Below, in pieces: positions 29,601-37,967 of a stretch of 50,437 nucleotides of DNA. Source of the stretch: a virus (lineage: Duplodnaviria; Caudoviricetes); the IMG/VR virus record IMGVR_UViG_3300012953_000045, positions 1 through 50,437 of that record; one strand, written 5' to 3'. Position 1 is the stretch's first letter; every line of letters begins with the position of its first letter. The translations under genes were made by a program, and so were the position numbers. The notes under the pieces are model-generated. The model was not told the DNA's origin and ran no database searches. It saw only the letters and a list, made by a program, of their open reading frames with translations.

Positions 29601-32001
29601 GTTTGACGGTGCAAGTATAGACATTTACGAATGGACCAAAAGTCCTGTGTTGCCTGAGCAATGGGCAGATATTGTATCTCGCAAATTGGTTATTGATGGA
29701 AAAGAAGCAAGTGGAGAAGTCTATAGTGTGATAATAGACGGACAAACAGTATACAACTGGACTGAGGAAAGCTATTACAATGAACTTTCCAAACAAACAG
29801 AAACAGTTTACTATTATTGGATAAAGAATAAAACTAACAGCGTCAGAAGAAACAGCAACTATAATGTACTACAGTTAAGTCAAATTTTAAATAATCCATC
29901 TAGGTTTAATTTAAGTTGGGCGGCTCAAGCAGGTAATGATAGTTTACTACTGTCAAATATTGTTAATTTTGTTAATATAGATACAGTAGCACAACTTAAC
30001 CAAATTAGTGAAACTAGAGCTCTTGCAAATCAAGACTGGATAATGTTTGCAGAAAATGATGCTAATATTACAATACCTGAATATCTACACATAAAAATTC
30101 GAGATAGTTTGGCAGGATTTAATAGATTTAGTGTAGATAAAACATTCACAACCTGGAGCAGTAGTACAGCTTATGCTAAAGATTCAGTAGTAAAAGAAGG
30201 CACAAACTACTATCTAAGTCTAGTAGCAAACAATACAAATAATCAACCTAGTGTAGATAGTGATATGTCACACTGGACAAGAATTTATGATTACTCATTT
30301 ATCGAAACAGACCAAACAGACAACATAAGAATTTGGAGAGGTCAACCTGTACCTGATCTTAAACTACATAGGTTTAATAGATACGGTCATCAAGTTAGAC
30401 CTAGACAAAGTTTGTATAGAGATGTAAAAGAAGCTAGACAAAACTTTGTTCATAGTGTAAACTCTTTATTAAGTGAAGTAAATGTAATTGATGAAATTAA
30501 TAATTGGGAAAATGCATTTTCTGGCACTTTTGTAGAAGGTACAGTAACATATAGAATTAAAGATTACATTAATCTAGTTGACTGGCATCTAGTAGAAAAA
30601 AACAATGATGGTGTAGAAACTTTCAGATATAATCCAAAAACAGTTGCAGGTTTGGTTTACGAAACTAAAAATGATTACTTTAATGCAGGTGAACCACAAT
30701 TTGATAACACTTATGTATACATCAAAAGCACAAGTCCGGGTGCAGATATAGATAGAAGTGAAATGTATCTATACACAGGTGGTGTAGATAAGTTGGTTTA
30801 CAAAGAAAAAGCTACAGTACAAATCAGTGAAGAAATGTGGAATCAAAGCAAATTTGGACATGGATTTGATGCTATTGGATTTGATGTAACACCTTTTGAT
30901 GCATGTAGTGATAATGTTATTAGTCAACTATTGGATCTTTTGAGAAGTGAAATATTCATTGGCAGACATCATGTAAAATACAACAAGATGTGGTTTAAAA
31001 TGCTGTTTACAGCTATACTTCAAAATACAGCAGATGACTTTGCGTTTAAGACCACATACACACATTTAGGAGTGAAAAGACCATTGCTAGTTGATAAATC
31101 AACATATCAAGAACACACTATTGAAACAGTTGAAAAATTTGTTAACAATATTAAACCATTCCATACCAAGTTGTTGAGCAGTATGGAAAGCAATACACAC
31201 AGCGAAGCAACTATGATTAACATTGATGAAACAGAACGTAAATCTACGATAACAATGAAATACGAAGATCACAGTTACAATGGAAGAGAATGGGCAGGTG
31301 ATCTCACACTCAATGGTGGAGCATTTACAACTGTATTTGGTGCAGATGTTGATTACAGTTTATTCACAACACAACAAGCGGATTTACAATATGATTACAA
31401 CGGTAATGTTTTTGTACAGCCTGTACAAGAAGGATTTGGGCGTGAATTGGTAGCTCAAGACTATACTGAAAATATCAGTATTTTGGTGCAAACAATGTTA
31501 ACACCTACAATAGACAGTGGACATACAAGATCATTTAGAATGATGCAGTATCAACCAATGGATATACAAATAAGTAATGTAATTGTAGATACAGAAAAAA
31601 CAACACTAACTGCTAATATTACAGCAATAGATACTACGATTCCTGTTACGGATAATACAGTATTGGATAATCCAAATAATTTAGGTGGCAACAATTTAGT
31701 TCCAGGTGTCATTTGGATAGGATGTGAGAGAATAGAATATCAAGCTATTGATGGAAATAATAATCTATTGTTTTGTACAAGAGGAACATTAGGTACAACA
31801 TCTAAAGCACATACAAGTGGCGATACAGTTATTAACACTGGACAAAGTACACGAATTCCAACTACAGAGAAATTTTCACATTATGGAGATGGACTGAGGT
31901 TGGCATACAACGATAGTGGGTACAGTTTAACAGAACATGTATATGTACCTCAGACGCCTGAACATGCATTCATTAGAAATGCAGGCAAAGGAACGATATA
32001 A
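20659..32001 (+). CDS. Giant (3780 aa) baseplate/virion structural protein, positional equivalent of gp7
   Basis: 11.3-kb uninterrupted ORF coupled to gp6 by a TAATG overlap; LP...QT.VN..FL N-terminus, IKPFHTKL near the C-terminus, a GNGYTSAP domain and a long Thr/Ser/Asn-rich segment. Confidence 0.75.
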   Translation: MAEERNPTPIKVSKNTVPGASLKKTGSRRVTEMLPDILQTTVNKQFLDSTFEQLMSTGSLEPVKHYVGKSIGDGTFNPKVNDNYLLDSRSNDAYQFAPAMINKNEDGTVDQALAYDDLIRSLKYNEVDTNNHNKILNEPGYTLDLPINYDMFINHHRYYWVLDVLPPNELRYLQADLLDIDTIIGETTYTTPSNVNGRTLKFENGMRIKFAPNTVNRRSQTVAGNKVFTASITGAASIKVFVNNLEVFLTTDYTVNKATGVVTFVNAPALTSEIEIHSYYTHSLTDEYKNDAIYIVDGVGEPGGIQLTQHFDAGQYDGQQGKRTWLNVTVYNNQEPAGFDSDQFSFDARPFDLREHRMTTRDYTCEQRHSIDQSAWSRSNLWVHEQTIASSIIYQGITNDIYTLDRYRAVRPIIEYKKNIEKHRFGTRHIANVDHYLESFDDPVNTIIGKTEYSVITSGITDDWTFKGYQRGNRVRVSEGVSPNFVVTFWECQEAHAEPLKPTHGENRKYWEQIVPVEVENGDLIIFFGSSNATYKNKIWKIGGVGTSITLTQTYNFDGTHGATQLVNGDKILLLNGFNTFEFGTLGGFGQGERDAPKSGAELHVDSTTLTGWKYSRQKEHRSQGMPVELYDVNLVKLDAVATYPDNDFAGATIFDFVHSETNDYDDALGFNPEYVDYGNNPGLNFCMEFLKKKFTYVQQSSDFTKSNQLEIPGYYYYKYIDSQLYHNGWSNIRGGQPVMKKIRKVVTDTGNPLKVDLGHASFVGDRCYNIFKEFDHLAMTSQPTVDCSVGRINRVGGKLPALFFHNNNTYTIRTQFPQAEIEFVDMDGSPIGTGITRTAGSLNTFTLQIGTPTVNSIKYRLVSNPANFGVIFFNANVNETNVKVRKNGKAFSTFSHTGNILSINSGLIKDDVYEFEFYTYNDYSETGEGQFEVAKTQTLNPQNSELADVSYGDLIQHFKSQMTSNPLFTGDWYGTNNYRNIVHATDIGGTIRQQPYSTELLNQLLSDINTNPYSALQFTSANYSLFKEKFKKKLVQLHESLDQTLPTYTLVDKTLEALNIGQNKDNVFANSQMAMYRDYRSVDLSWVTGQTPTFNLPRPSNKYDDTTNHIQVFVQVPDSAGNHTWRQLQKDWEFSTDEYSVTVTLAGITFPSTGKNNIHIRWYERGSVSFVPPSIAKLGVLKPFVPELRDDYSKDSTGTATDSVLIGHDGSIHVRNGTEVFNRQSPGYDPVDAGLWDLELRIYNNLGKDLDGTINSTAYSPNAHRPSVHSWTELNNTIRGEFNKYKNSNSVTTLNSSTYYDGSDKFTWNYSSVSPNIGGWRGIYHYYFKTDRPHTHPWEMLGHNKRPSWWDTNYNWTDASKRSALKLALEFGQISDPALGTNKQIYDINYSNRNYDWQNKTLVTTAGVLNDPVTAGVVTSPSLADRQKDFVFGDWGPVEAEWRRSSEGKIATSLAFLRTRPLIALNNYFRTARRTIKNLSGYNGPQELDTDAGKLKSWKNTVISGSSITGKIIESVNIINAGNGYTSAPAITINDNFGVDGTIEVKISNGAVVGARVTNQGSKYYNRPLLSVASGTAVFDPILAENALHYYNGLSNAIIEYSNLYGTSADILRTRLENISFQGVIKAGGFVNKNNQFILESSQDKGKVFVPEENISTVTYTSKPDVEYFYGGVRVTKTTGGYTVNGFDNSLAYFKYNKPNTATGGITTKFTGTSDINVLRYTVFEPTTSQLDYNTELTTIQEVYDFINGYGHYLNSLGFTQQWRTAAANFVTWAIGSSTIPLTVIPDQSKIIVKDGIDGYFDNIDKKYDGVYNIVNENGKQISSTDLIIDRKSMDPDAETVFQVKDTDTQIFGIRLYKVQLEHVFIFDNLTNFDDVIHDLALGLSHNRIIWRGSRTRDWNGKLYSPGYIVQSDTVIPNYDTTAGEVDQYYGRTNQLSNSQLSDVARFNAGYNKPNWSEGLDIDDDSLYEFTKGTYKYKGTHKALSAFMRNQGLYDGEASADLLEQWAVRLADFGDTSSRRTLEFQLTPELIVTSPQPVRISNDYKFDVLSDLVIDIDKTSPLKVHESTNDNFQTRPVNTYKDSSDELFAKDFTTSGLPLLSETDYRTVNKEDFTKFPEQVKEEYDHSGDWQEITQWDSNKSYKFNEQVLYNGRTWSMLDADGSSGFNLANNPINLLGTNQLPVIPSSGQTLVIDGNTITLSKTATSSTTNTIIVSGTENLSSSVVPDGSTLILGQSSTLTTTVTFTNSQTTTTFNDITKTGTVSNPTIQGSSNATLIIEGTTINFNNTSTTTSNITAQQAFENTFNSSWTTNTGTISSTASTRIARIEALRSAYIAANSQALWSAWINTYFTNNAGLNINHLLTLINLGGSTLLAANQMLDQDLILINNIKQTNYVGTQVVAGTQVVAPSDITDSQASLNNGTFTDDIATYLKSATGLSTTFATNTVVANQSNTGFITYSLSQIIQEINSASISNVTASAGTSSQLVITKTTNTPANTFSMTISVGTENNSVGFNTATETINSTSSSVTTTPNLSQQQVIDQINNAGITGVSAQAGATNTNILQINATLSNLFIGAGTANSSIGLPTGLIPATTTTSTSSIGLNITDIIEQINTANISGVSAENSSNRVRLTSTNATLVIGSGTANTTLGFVSQTLSATKSTTSAVFNALVDANGNPVFLEDANDPNIFSIWVADDSEFGNYNLGYQVYQTMDFGLYTYDVCGGQESADEAEIKCSRQTGDVQAHNLSVGDYILIRGSNCIPNIDGIHKVTRIAADRTDKFFIDEFIEINGNTGNIYPLRKMRFSTFVELEANRQVRINNVYKYNFADIRQTNTSTPILAFVDDDGTGASAVYKWVGTWSDTNGHVGEWKVQRTGNVQARNDLLENITLYDAQKQSTITKLETYDPAKGIIFGFVDNEIDYKLTNDIANYNYSNIDGAYQQVEAWGREYLGVRWWNTSTAVYLDYEQSTIDYQQNNWGRLFDGASIDIYEWTKSPVLPEQWADIVSRKLVIDGKEASGEVYSVIIDGQTVYNWTEESYYNELSKQTETVYYYWIKNKTNSVRRNSNYNVLQLSQILNNPSRFNLSWAAQAGNDSLLLSNIVNFVNIDTVAQLNQISETRALANQDWIMFAENDANITIPEYLHIKIRDSLAGFNRFSVDKTFTTWSSSTAYAKDSVVKEGTNYYLSLVANNTNNQPSVDSDMSHWTRIYDYSFIETDQTDNIRIWRGQPVPDLKLHRFNRYGHQVRPRQSLYRDVKEARQNFVHSVNSLLSEVNVIDEINNWENAFSGTFVEGTVTYRIKDYINLVDWHLVEKNNDGVETFRYNPKTVAGLVYETKNDYFNAGEPQFDNTYVYIKSTSPGADIDRSEMYLYTGGVDKLVYKEKATVQISEEMWNQSKFGHGFDAIGFDVTPFDACSDNVISQLLDLLRSEIFIGRHHVKYNKMWFKMLFTAILQNTADDFAFKTTYTHLGVKRPLLVDKSTYQEHTIETVEKFVNNIKPFHTKLLSSMESNTHSEATMINIDETERKSTITMKYEDHSYNGREWAGDLTLNGGAFTTVFGADVDYSLFTTQQADLQYDYNGNVFVQPVQEGFGRELVAQDYTENISILVQTMLTPTIDSGHTRSFRMMQYQPMDIQISNVIVDTEKTTLTANITAIDTTIPVTDNTVLDNPNNLGGNNLVPGVIWIGCERIEYQAIDGNNNLLFCTRGTLGTTSKAHTSGDTVINTGQSTRIPTTEKFSHYGDGLRLAYNDSGYSLTEHVYVPQTPEHAFIRNAGKGTI

Positions 32002-32004
32002 ATA
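31997..32004 (+). promoter_or_regulatory. T4-type late promoter TATAAATA
   Basis: Perfect box overlapping the stop codon of the giant gene. Confidence 0.7.
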
Positions 32005-32010
32005 CATTAA

Positions 32011-32625
32011 ATGGAAAGAGCGATGAGTTTAGATAAGATTAACGATACATCATTGATTGGAATAGAAGGACATATTAAAATATGGGATCCTGAGTCAGGC
32101 GAGATTCTTGTTCGTAGAAGAAATGCGATTAACTATGAGAATATGAGTATTGCTATTGCAAGTCTGTTAGCTAATGAGAGTGGAAACACAGGCACTCATC
32201 AGATAGCCACAATGAGATTTGGAAATGGCGGAACAACCATTGACGGACTTGGAACAGTTACATATAAAGCAACTAACACTAATAGTGCAAGCGGAGCCTT
32301 ATACAATCAAACATTCAGTAAAGCAGTAGATGAAGCAGTTAGCGGAAGTGCTAGCAATTCAACAGAAATTAGTCACATTTCACCAAATACATATACAGAT
32401 ATAATCACAACATGTACATTGGATTTTGATAGCGTTTCTGGAGAAGATGATACAGATACAGCTACAAGCATGAACGGTACATATGTTTTTGATGAATTGG
32501 CAATTTACAGTGGTAACAACGATTTGTTGACACATGTTATCTTTCATCCAGTTCAAAAAAGCAAGAATAGAAAAGTACAAGTAATTTATACACTAAGGAT
32601 TAGATCAAGTTTTGCAGACTTATAA
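32011..32625 (+). CDS. Putative virion structural (baseplate/tail-collar) protein
   Basis: GHIKIWDP, RNAINYEN, FGNGG, FDELAI, LLTHVIFHPVQKS; in the late structural operon. Confidence 0.65.
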   Translation: MERAMSLDKINDTSLIGIEGHIKIWDPESGEILVRRRNAINYENMSIAIASLLANESGNTGTHQIATMRFGNGGTTIDGLGTVTYKATNTNSASGALYNQTFSKAVDEAVSGSASNSTEISHISPNTYTDIITTCTLDFDSVSGEDDTDTATSMNGTYVFDELAIYSGNNDLLTHVIFHPVQKSKNRKVQVIYTLRIRSSFADL

Positions 32626-32637
32626 TAGGGAAAAGAT

Positions 32638-33561
32638 ATGCCATACACAATAGATTATAGTCAAAGCAGTAAGACAGCAATAGTTGTTAACGATGGAACC
32701 ATTGATACCAGTACCAGTATTGGATTAATTGGTAAAAACTATACTCGCTTTGGAGAAACATTAAATGAAAATATGTTGCACATGTTGGAAAATTTTGCCA
32801 ACACAAATGCACCAAGCAATCCAACTGAAGGTCAACTTTGGTACGACACAGCAAACAGTCAACTGAAAATTTATGATAACGGTGTATGGAGCGTAATTTT
32901 ATCAGGTGCTGGAACAACAAAGATTGAATTTCGCAACAGAAAAGATACAGGTGGCAATTATCATAAAACAATAGAATTTATTGTAGATTCAAATATTGTA
33001 CACATTACAACAGATGATACCACAGCTTGGACCCCTCATAATGATGAAAAGTTAGAAGACGGTGTAACAAATTTAAGCACACAGTTTCCTAGTATACAAG
33101 CTGGTATTACAATGAACAATACCACACACTACAAATTCAGAGGCACATCAACAAGTTCAGAATATGCTGACCTTGCTGAAAGATATGAGGCTGATGCGGA
33201 ATACGAAGCAGGCACAGTTGTACGTTTAGGTGGTGACAAAGAAATAACACAAACAACAGAAGAAGCTGATTCAAATGTTTTTGGCATTATAAGTACAGCT
33301 CCTGGAGTAGAATTAAATGCAGGTGCTGGTACTGATGCAACACATCCTTTTGTAGCACTAGCAGGTCGAGTTCCTTGTAAGGTAATCGGAAAAGTAACTA
33401 AAGGCGATAGAATGATTAGCAGTGATACAGCAGGACATGCCAAAGTAATTAATCAAGCAACTGATGTATATCCAAATATTTTTTCGATAATAGGTAGAGC
33501 GTTAGAATCAAAAGATACAGATGAAGCTGGTACAATCGAAGTAGTAGTAGGGTCAAAGTAA
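32638..33561 (+). CDS. Tail fibre-like protein with C-terminal intramolecular chaperone/autoprotease (peptidase G2-like) domain
   Basis: LIGKNY..FGE..NEN..H.LENFA...P..P.EGQLWYD N-terminus; YADLAERY, GIIST.P, VALAGRVPCKV.G.V.KGD, IIGRALE C-terminus. Confidence 0.75.
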   Translation: MPYTIDYSQSSKTAIVVNDGTIDTSTSIGLIGKNYTRFGETLNENMLHMLENFANTNAPSNPTEGQLWYDTANSQLKIYDNGVWSVILSGAGTTKIEFRNRKDTGGNYHKTIEFIVDSNIVHITTDDTTAWTPHNDEKLEDGVTNLSTQFPSIQAGITMNNTTHYKFRGTSTSSEYADLAERYEADAEYEAGTVVRLGGDKEITQTTEEADSNVFGIISTAPGVELNAGAGTDATHPFVALAGRVPCKVIGKVTKGDRMISSDTAGHAKVINQATDVYPNIFSIIGRALESKDTDEAGTIEVVVGSK

Positions 33562-33562
33562 G

Positions 33563-34777
33563 ATGGTTGGTGCTGTTGGAGATTTAGCAACAAACGAAGA
33601 ATACAATCTTGTAGCTATCGATGTTAATAAAGTGTTTGGAGACAAATATCCAACTGCGGCTGTTACTGATCCTAATAGGATTAACACACATAAATTTGGT
33701 TGGGGTGCAGTAAATATTGCAGATGCACTAGTAGACGGAACTCTTATCACAGCGGTTAGATTACAAGATCTTGTTACTAGAACAAACATTAGTATCGATC
33801 ATACAGAAATAACTGATAGTGTTTTGGTTTTTGCAATTCCTGCCAATAGAACAACTATTGCCGCAGGTACACTTATTAGAGCAGAAGATCTTAATTTAAT
33901 CCGCAGTAAGTTTGGGCAAGTACTTGTTAATAATAAACATGCAACAATAGATCCTGGTAACGCAAGTGCAGTTCCAGTTAATAGTACAGGGTATGGTAGA
34001 ACTACTAATTGGGATTATCAACTGCAAGGCGAACATGAATTCAATTGGAGTAATTATAACAAAGCAAGATATTTCTTCAACGGCGGTGGGCAACTACGAT
34101 TGGCTTTGAGTATGTTTGGTGGTAGCACCGCAGGCTATTACAACTGGGGTGATGTCATAAATGAAATGGGCGTACTAAACTTTAATTTTGATACTGTTAC
34201 GCAAAGTGCGGCTATTACAAGTGGCACCAGTCAAGGTAAAGGTTTTTACGACCTAACTGAAAACTACGGAGATGGTTCCGATACAAACACCGATGAAGGA
34301 TTACTTTTTTCTTCTAGTGGTGTTACTATTGGTAGAAGAGTTGGTAATTACGGTTACGGGTATGGGTATGGTTACGGCGGTAGTTATGGTTCATATGGTT
34401 ATGGGTATGGTTATATTACTGGCAGAGGTAATTTTCCACAATTTACTGACGCATCGAGAGCTTCGGGCTATGGATACGGTTATGGATATGGGTATGGTAC
34501 ATACTCTGGTATCTATGTAAGTTCATACAGCAGATACGCATCATACCAAACTCTTAAATTTAGGTTGTATGGAAAATATATTAACAATGGAGCAGGTGTA
34601 CGTTTTAAAATGGTACTAGATGATACAGTTCATGCAAATTTCATTGATGGTAGTATTATACCTACTATAAGCTATCTAATGCCTGACACACTTACAATAG
34701 GATCAACTAGCTTTGATGTTACTCCAGCACCAACTTTTCAAGTATATGATGACTTCACAAGTTCAAACGACAGCTAA
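33563..34777 (+). CDS. Putative virion structural protein carrying Gly-Tyr repeat tracts
   Basis: ARYFFNGGGQLR motif of phage structural proteins; two (YG)n tracts; in the late operon. Confidence 0.65.
   Translation: MVGAVGDLATNEEYNLVAIDVNKVFGDKYPTAAVTDPNRINTHKFGWGAVNIADALVDGTLITAVRLQDLVTRTNISIDHTEITDSVLVFAIPANRTTIAAGTLIRAEDLNLIRSKFGQVLVNNKHATIDPGNASAVPVNSTGYGRTTNWDYQLQGEHEFNWSNYNKARYFFNGGGQLRLALSMFGGSTAGYYNWGDVINEMGVLNFNFDTVTQSAAITSGTSQGKGFYDLTENYGDGSDTNTDEGLLFSSSGVTIGRRVGNYGYGYGYGYGGSYGSYGYGYGYITGRGNFPQFTDASRASGYGYGYGYGYGTYSGIYVSSYSRYASYQTLKFRLYGKYINNGAGVRFKMVLDDTVHANFIDGSIIPTISYLMPDTLTIGSTSFDVTPAPTFQVYDDFTSSNDS
34343..34498 (+). repeat. Two in-frame (TAY GGN)n hexamer tracts encoding (Tyr-Gly)n
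   Basis: tacggttacgggtatgggtatggttacggc...tatggttatgggtatggttat and ggctatggatacggttatggatatgggtatggt. Confidence 0.9.
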
Positions 34778-34785
34778 AAAAACTG

Positions 34786-34815
34786 TTGACAAACCCCACA
34801 TAAATAAGTTATAGT
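34786..34815 (+). promoter_or_regulatory. Composite promoter TTGACA-N18-TATAGT with late-type CATAAATA (34799-34806) in the spacer
   Basis: Read directly in the intergenic gap; AAGGAG RBS follows before ATG 34843. Confidence 0.6.
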
Positions 34816-34842
34816 AGTACATAATTAAAGGAGAAACTCAGT

Positions 34843-35190
34843 ATGGACGAGAGACTCGAAAAAGCATTAGAGTTTGCAAACTATAGAATAACATTGGGAA
34901 ATCAGAAGAGGACTCTAAAACAGCGTATACAAGTTTTACAAACTGTACATCAATCAAAAGGCGTATTTTATGCTGATGCGATTACTATTGGTTTTGTAAA
35001 AGCACTTGTAGATTCTGGCAAGGAATCAAGTGTTTTGATAGACTCAAAGCAAAATCCAGTTGAAATTGAAAACTTGCAGGAATTTTTAGACACATTATTG
35101 AGTGCTTACACTGAAGCAATGAATGAATACAAAGTACAATCAGATAAGATTACAAAATCTCGTAATATTAAAAGTTTGATGGATTGGTGA
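34843..35190 (+). CDS. Hypothetical protein (first gene of the modification operon)
   Basis: 115 aa, strong RBS, MDERLEKALEFANY start. Confidence 0.7.
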   Translation: MDERLEKALEFANYRITLGNQKRTLKQRIQVLQTVHQSKGVFYADAITIGFVKALVDSGKESSVLIDSKQNPVEIENLQEFLDTLLSAYTEAMNEYKVQSDKITKSRNIKSLMDW

Positions 35191-35193
35191 TTG

Positions 35194-36102
35194 ATGTCTG
35201 ACAAACAAGGTAACGGAGTTGTTATGTTTTGTTATAACAACGATCAACTTGACTATACTAAATTTGCCATCATTGCGGCTAGACATGTAAAACGCAACAT
35301 GCCAGGTATTCCAGTTGCATTAATTACTGATGAAGGAACCAAAGGATGGCTATACGAATCACATGATCAAAAAGTTATCGATGACGCTTTTGATGATTTT
35401 GTTATAGCGAACATAGAATTTGAATCAAATCCAAGAAGACATATGGATAGTCCTTGGCATGAATTTAATGCACAATTTACAAATACAAACAAGCATGACG
35501 TAATTAATCTAACACCTTACGAACATACACTGTTGATTGATACAGACTATTTGGTATGTAACGATTATTTTAGATATCTTTTTACATCAGGTATTCCTAT
35601 TGCATTACATAGATATGCACAATATATTGGTAATGAAATTCCATATAGAAATGAGATAACACTGAACGATGCTGGTATTAATCATTGGTGGAGTACCGTT
35701 GTGTATTTTGATCAAAGTGATGAAAGTCGGGTATTTTTTAATATATGGAGTCATGTAAAAGATAATTGGGAGTACTACAGCTTATTGTACCAATTCCCAA
35801 AAGCGTTATTCAGAACTGACTTTTGTGTCAGTATTGCATGTCATATGATGTGTGGATTGAATAATGACGAAACTTTTATTCATGATTTTGGTAATTATGG
35901 TTTGCTAAACATGGATCAAAAAGATGACCTTGTAAAAGTTAACAAGCTAAATGATTATGTATTTCTAAAGCACAATAGAAAAGAGCAATGGAAAAATACT
36001 TTGTGTAGATATGAAAACACAAATTTACACCTTATGAATAAACGTGCTATGGATAGACAGTATCAAGAATTTTTAAATGTAACGGAAGTAGAAAGTGTCT
36101 GA
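35194..36102 (+). CDS. Glycosyltransferase-like protein (GT-A fold, GT8-like)
   Basis: PVALITD, LTPYEHTLLIDTDY (DxD), WSTVVYF, FRTDF. Confidence 0.65.
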   Translation: MSDKQGNGVVMFCYNNDQLDYTKFAIIAARHVKRNMPGIPVALITDEGTKGWLYESHDQKVIDDAFDDFVIANIEFESNPRRHMDSPWHEFNAQFTNTNKHDVINLTPYEHTLLIDTDYLVCNDYFRYLFTSGIPIALHRYAQYIGNEIPYRNEITLNDAGINHWWSTVVYFDQSDESRVFFNIWSHVKDNWEYYSLLYQFPKALFRTDFCVSIACHMMCGLNNDETFIHDFGNYGLLNMDQKDDLVKVNKLNDYVFLKHNRKEQWKNTLCRYENTNLHLMNKRAMDRQYQEFLNVTEVESV

Positions 36103-36994
36103 AGAAAAATTAGAATATCCCAAGCGAGGATTTGTAGTTATCGGTATTGATACCGCAGAAGATAACATTAGATATTGTTATACTCTTGCATGTAGTATTA
36201 AAACTTGTGATCCTGACGCAAGTATTACTTTGATTGTGGACAAAGGTAAATCAGGAAATGTAGCCAGTTATTACGATGCGCCTTTTGATTATGTTGTAGA
36301 ACTTCCATTTGGTAACAGTGCCCATAATGATGGATTTCATGGCATGAACATGTGGCAAATATACCACGCAACTCCTTATGAAGAAACAATATACTTAGAT
36401 TATGATACAGTGCTTTTAAATATCGATATTGATGATCTTTGGAAAACTATGGCAGTAAATGATATCAGTGTACCATCCAACGCAATTAGCTATAGAAATT
36501 TTCCTGTTGTTGGTCATTTTAGATTTGACTTTGAAAACCAATATAAACTTCCAAAACTATTTTACAATATGATATATTGGAAACAAGATTCTAAGTCTGC
36601 AATAGAATGGTTTAAAATGGCAGACCCGGTGTTTCAAAATTGGCGTAATGTATACAACAATACTTTTACAGATAGAAAACCAGATACGTTTGCAAAGAAT
36701 TTGCTAGGAAATTTAGTAACACACTTTGTTGACCATACTGAGTACATTGGTGTGCATATGAACAATCACTATGATCTACACAGTTATAGTCATGGTGTTT
36801 TCCATAGTATGGAAGAAATGCCTAAACATTGGACAGACATGTTGAATGTTTGGGTAACTGGTGCAAGAAAAATACAAATAGAGAACAGTGTCATTAACAA
36901 TGGAATTATTCATTACAGCGATGAGACCTTTTTAACAGATGAAGTAATCGATGTCTTCAGAGATAGTTTTACTGAGAGAATACAAAAAAGATAA
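36095..36994 (+). CDS. Glycosyltransferase-like protein (GT-A fold, GT8-like), paralogue of the preceding gene
   Basis: LACSIK, ATPYEETIYLDYD (DxD), C-terminal IIHY. Confidence 0.65.
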   Translation: MSEEKLEYPKRGFVVIGIDTAEDNIRYCYTLACSIKTCDPDASITLIVDKGKSGNVASYYDAPFDYVVELPFGNSAHNDGFHGMNMWQIYHATPYEETIYLDYDTVLLNIDIDDLWKTMAVNDISVPSNAISYRNFPVVGHFRFDFENQYKLPKLFYNMIYWKQDSKSAIEWFKMADPVFQNWRNVYNNTFTDRKPDTFAKNLLGNLVTHFVDHTEYIGVHMNNHYDLHSYSHGVFHSMEEMPKHWTDMLNVWVTGARKIQIENSVINNGIIHYSDETFLTDEVIDVFRDSFTERIQKR

Positions 36995-37967
36995 ACCTGC
37001 CCTAAAGTGGTGCGTTTATTATGAACCTGATTCAGGTGATGTTGTAACTGTCACAAACAAAGAAAAAGAATTTATTAAAAAACCTTTTATTGTGACTGAC
37101 AGTGATGATGCACGACTGTTACTCATGGGTCATAAAGATCCAAAAAAATATGCAGTTGTAGAAGTTAATCATGACCTAAAACTTGTAGAAAAATCAGCGG
37201 TACTGAGATTGAAAGATGCTGAACGAAAGTTGAGTATAGTTAGGCAATCAATTACACCAGCTGATGTTAACATAATCTTATATGTGAATCATTGGAAAAT
37301 GGAAGTTAACTTTAGTCAAGATACTTTGTATGCAATGACTGGTAAAAGGTTTTTTAAGAATATAACTATCAATCCTGAAGCTGACGGAGAATATGATAAT
37401 ATAACACTTTATCTAACAAAAAAGAATGATCCAAATTTCCTTGTAATGACAATGACTATAGATCCAAGAGAACTAATTGACGAAGGCTATTTGATTTTTG
37501 ATATGGCGCCTATTAGGTCAATTTGTGGATTAGGCGAAATTGGTATTATGACCAAGAAAATCTTCAACAGCTATAGAATGCAGAAAAAATTAAATTTTAC
37601 TGGAGTTGATTTTAGAACACGCAATACAAAAAGAAGAAATTTTACAGCACCATTTCCTGTTAACAAAAATGCAGGTGCTGACTTTACTATCTTCAAAACA
37701 GATAAAAATTATATCATTAGATCTAATTTTGGTGACCCTCAACAGATGAAGATATACAATACAATAGGCATATATTTAACAGATGTTAGAAATCCAAACA
37801 ACTTATTGGGTCATCTAGAATTACCACTTGAAAAAATAGGGTGGCATAGTGAGATAAAATTGCCAACAGATATCCCACTTGAAGATTGTGGTTTCTTATG
37901 CAAAGACACTACGAACTACCTATCATTCGATTATGAACACGGAGAGCCAAATGCTAACACCAATTAA
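36951..37967 (+). CDS. Hypothetical protein
   Basis: 338-aa ORF overlapping both neighbours; no motif recognised. Confidence 0.65.
   Translation: MSSEIVLLREYKKDKPALKWCVYYEPDSGDVVTVTNKEKEFIKKPFIVTDSDDARLLLMGHKDPKKYAVVEVNHDLKLVEKSAVLRLKDAERKLSIVRQSITPADVNIILYVNHWKMEVNFSQDTLYAMTGKRFFKNITINPEADGEYDNITLYLTKKNDPNFLVMTMTIDPRELIDEGYLIFDMAPIRSICGLGEIGIMTKKIFNSYRMQKKLNFTGVDFRTRNTKRRNFTAPFPVNKNAGADFTIFKTDKNYIIRSNFGDPQQMKIYNTIGIYLTDVRNPNNLLGHLELPLEKIGWHSEIKLPTDIPLEDCGFLCKDTTNYLSFDYEHGEPNANTN

Noticed and set aside
20659-32001. Intein or diversity-generating retroelement target in the giant gene or fibres
   Set aside because: No convincing intein termini with LAGLIDADG blocks, no reverse transcriptase and no adenine-variant repeat pair were noticed; an HMM search and self dot-plot would be needed to exclude them fully.
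34343-34498. Microsatellite or phase-variation locus
   Set aside because: The unit is an in-frame hexamer with varied synonymous codons, so it cannot switch frame and looks protein-selected.
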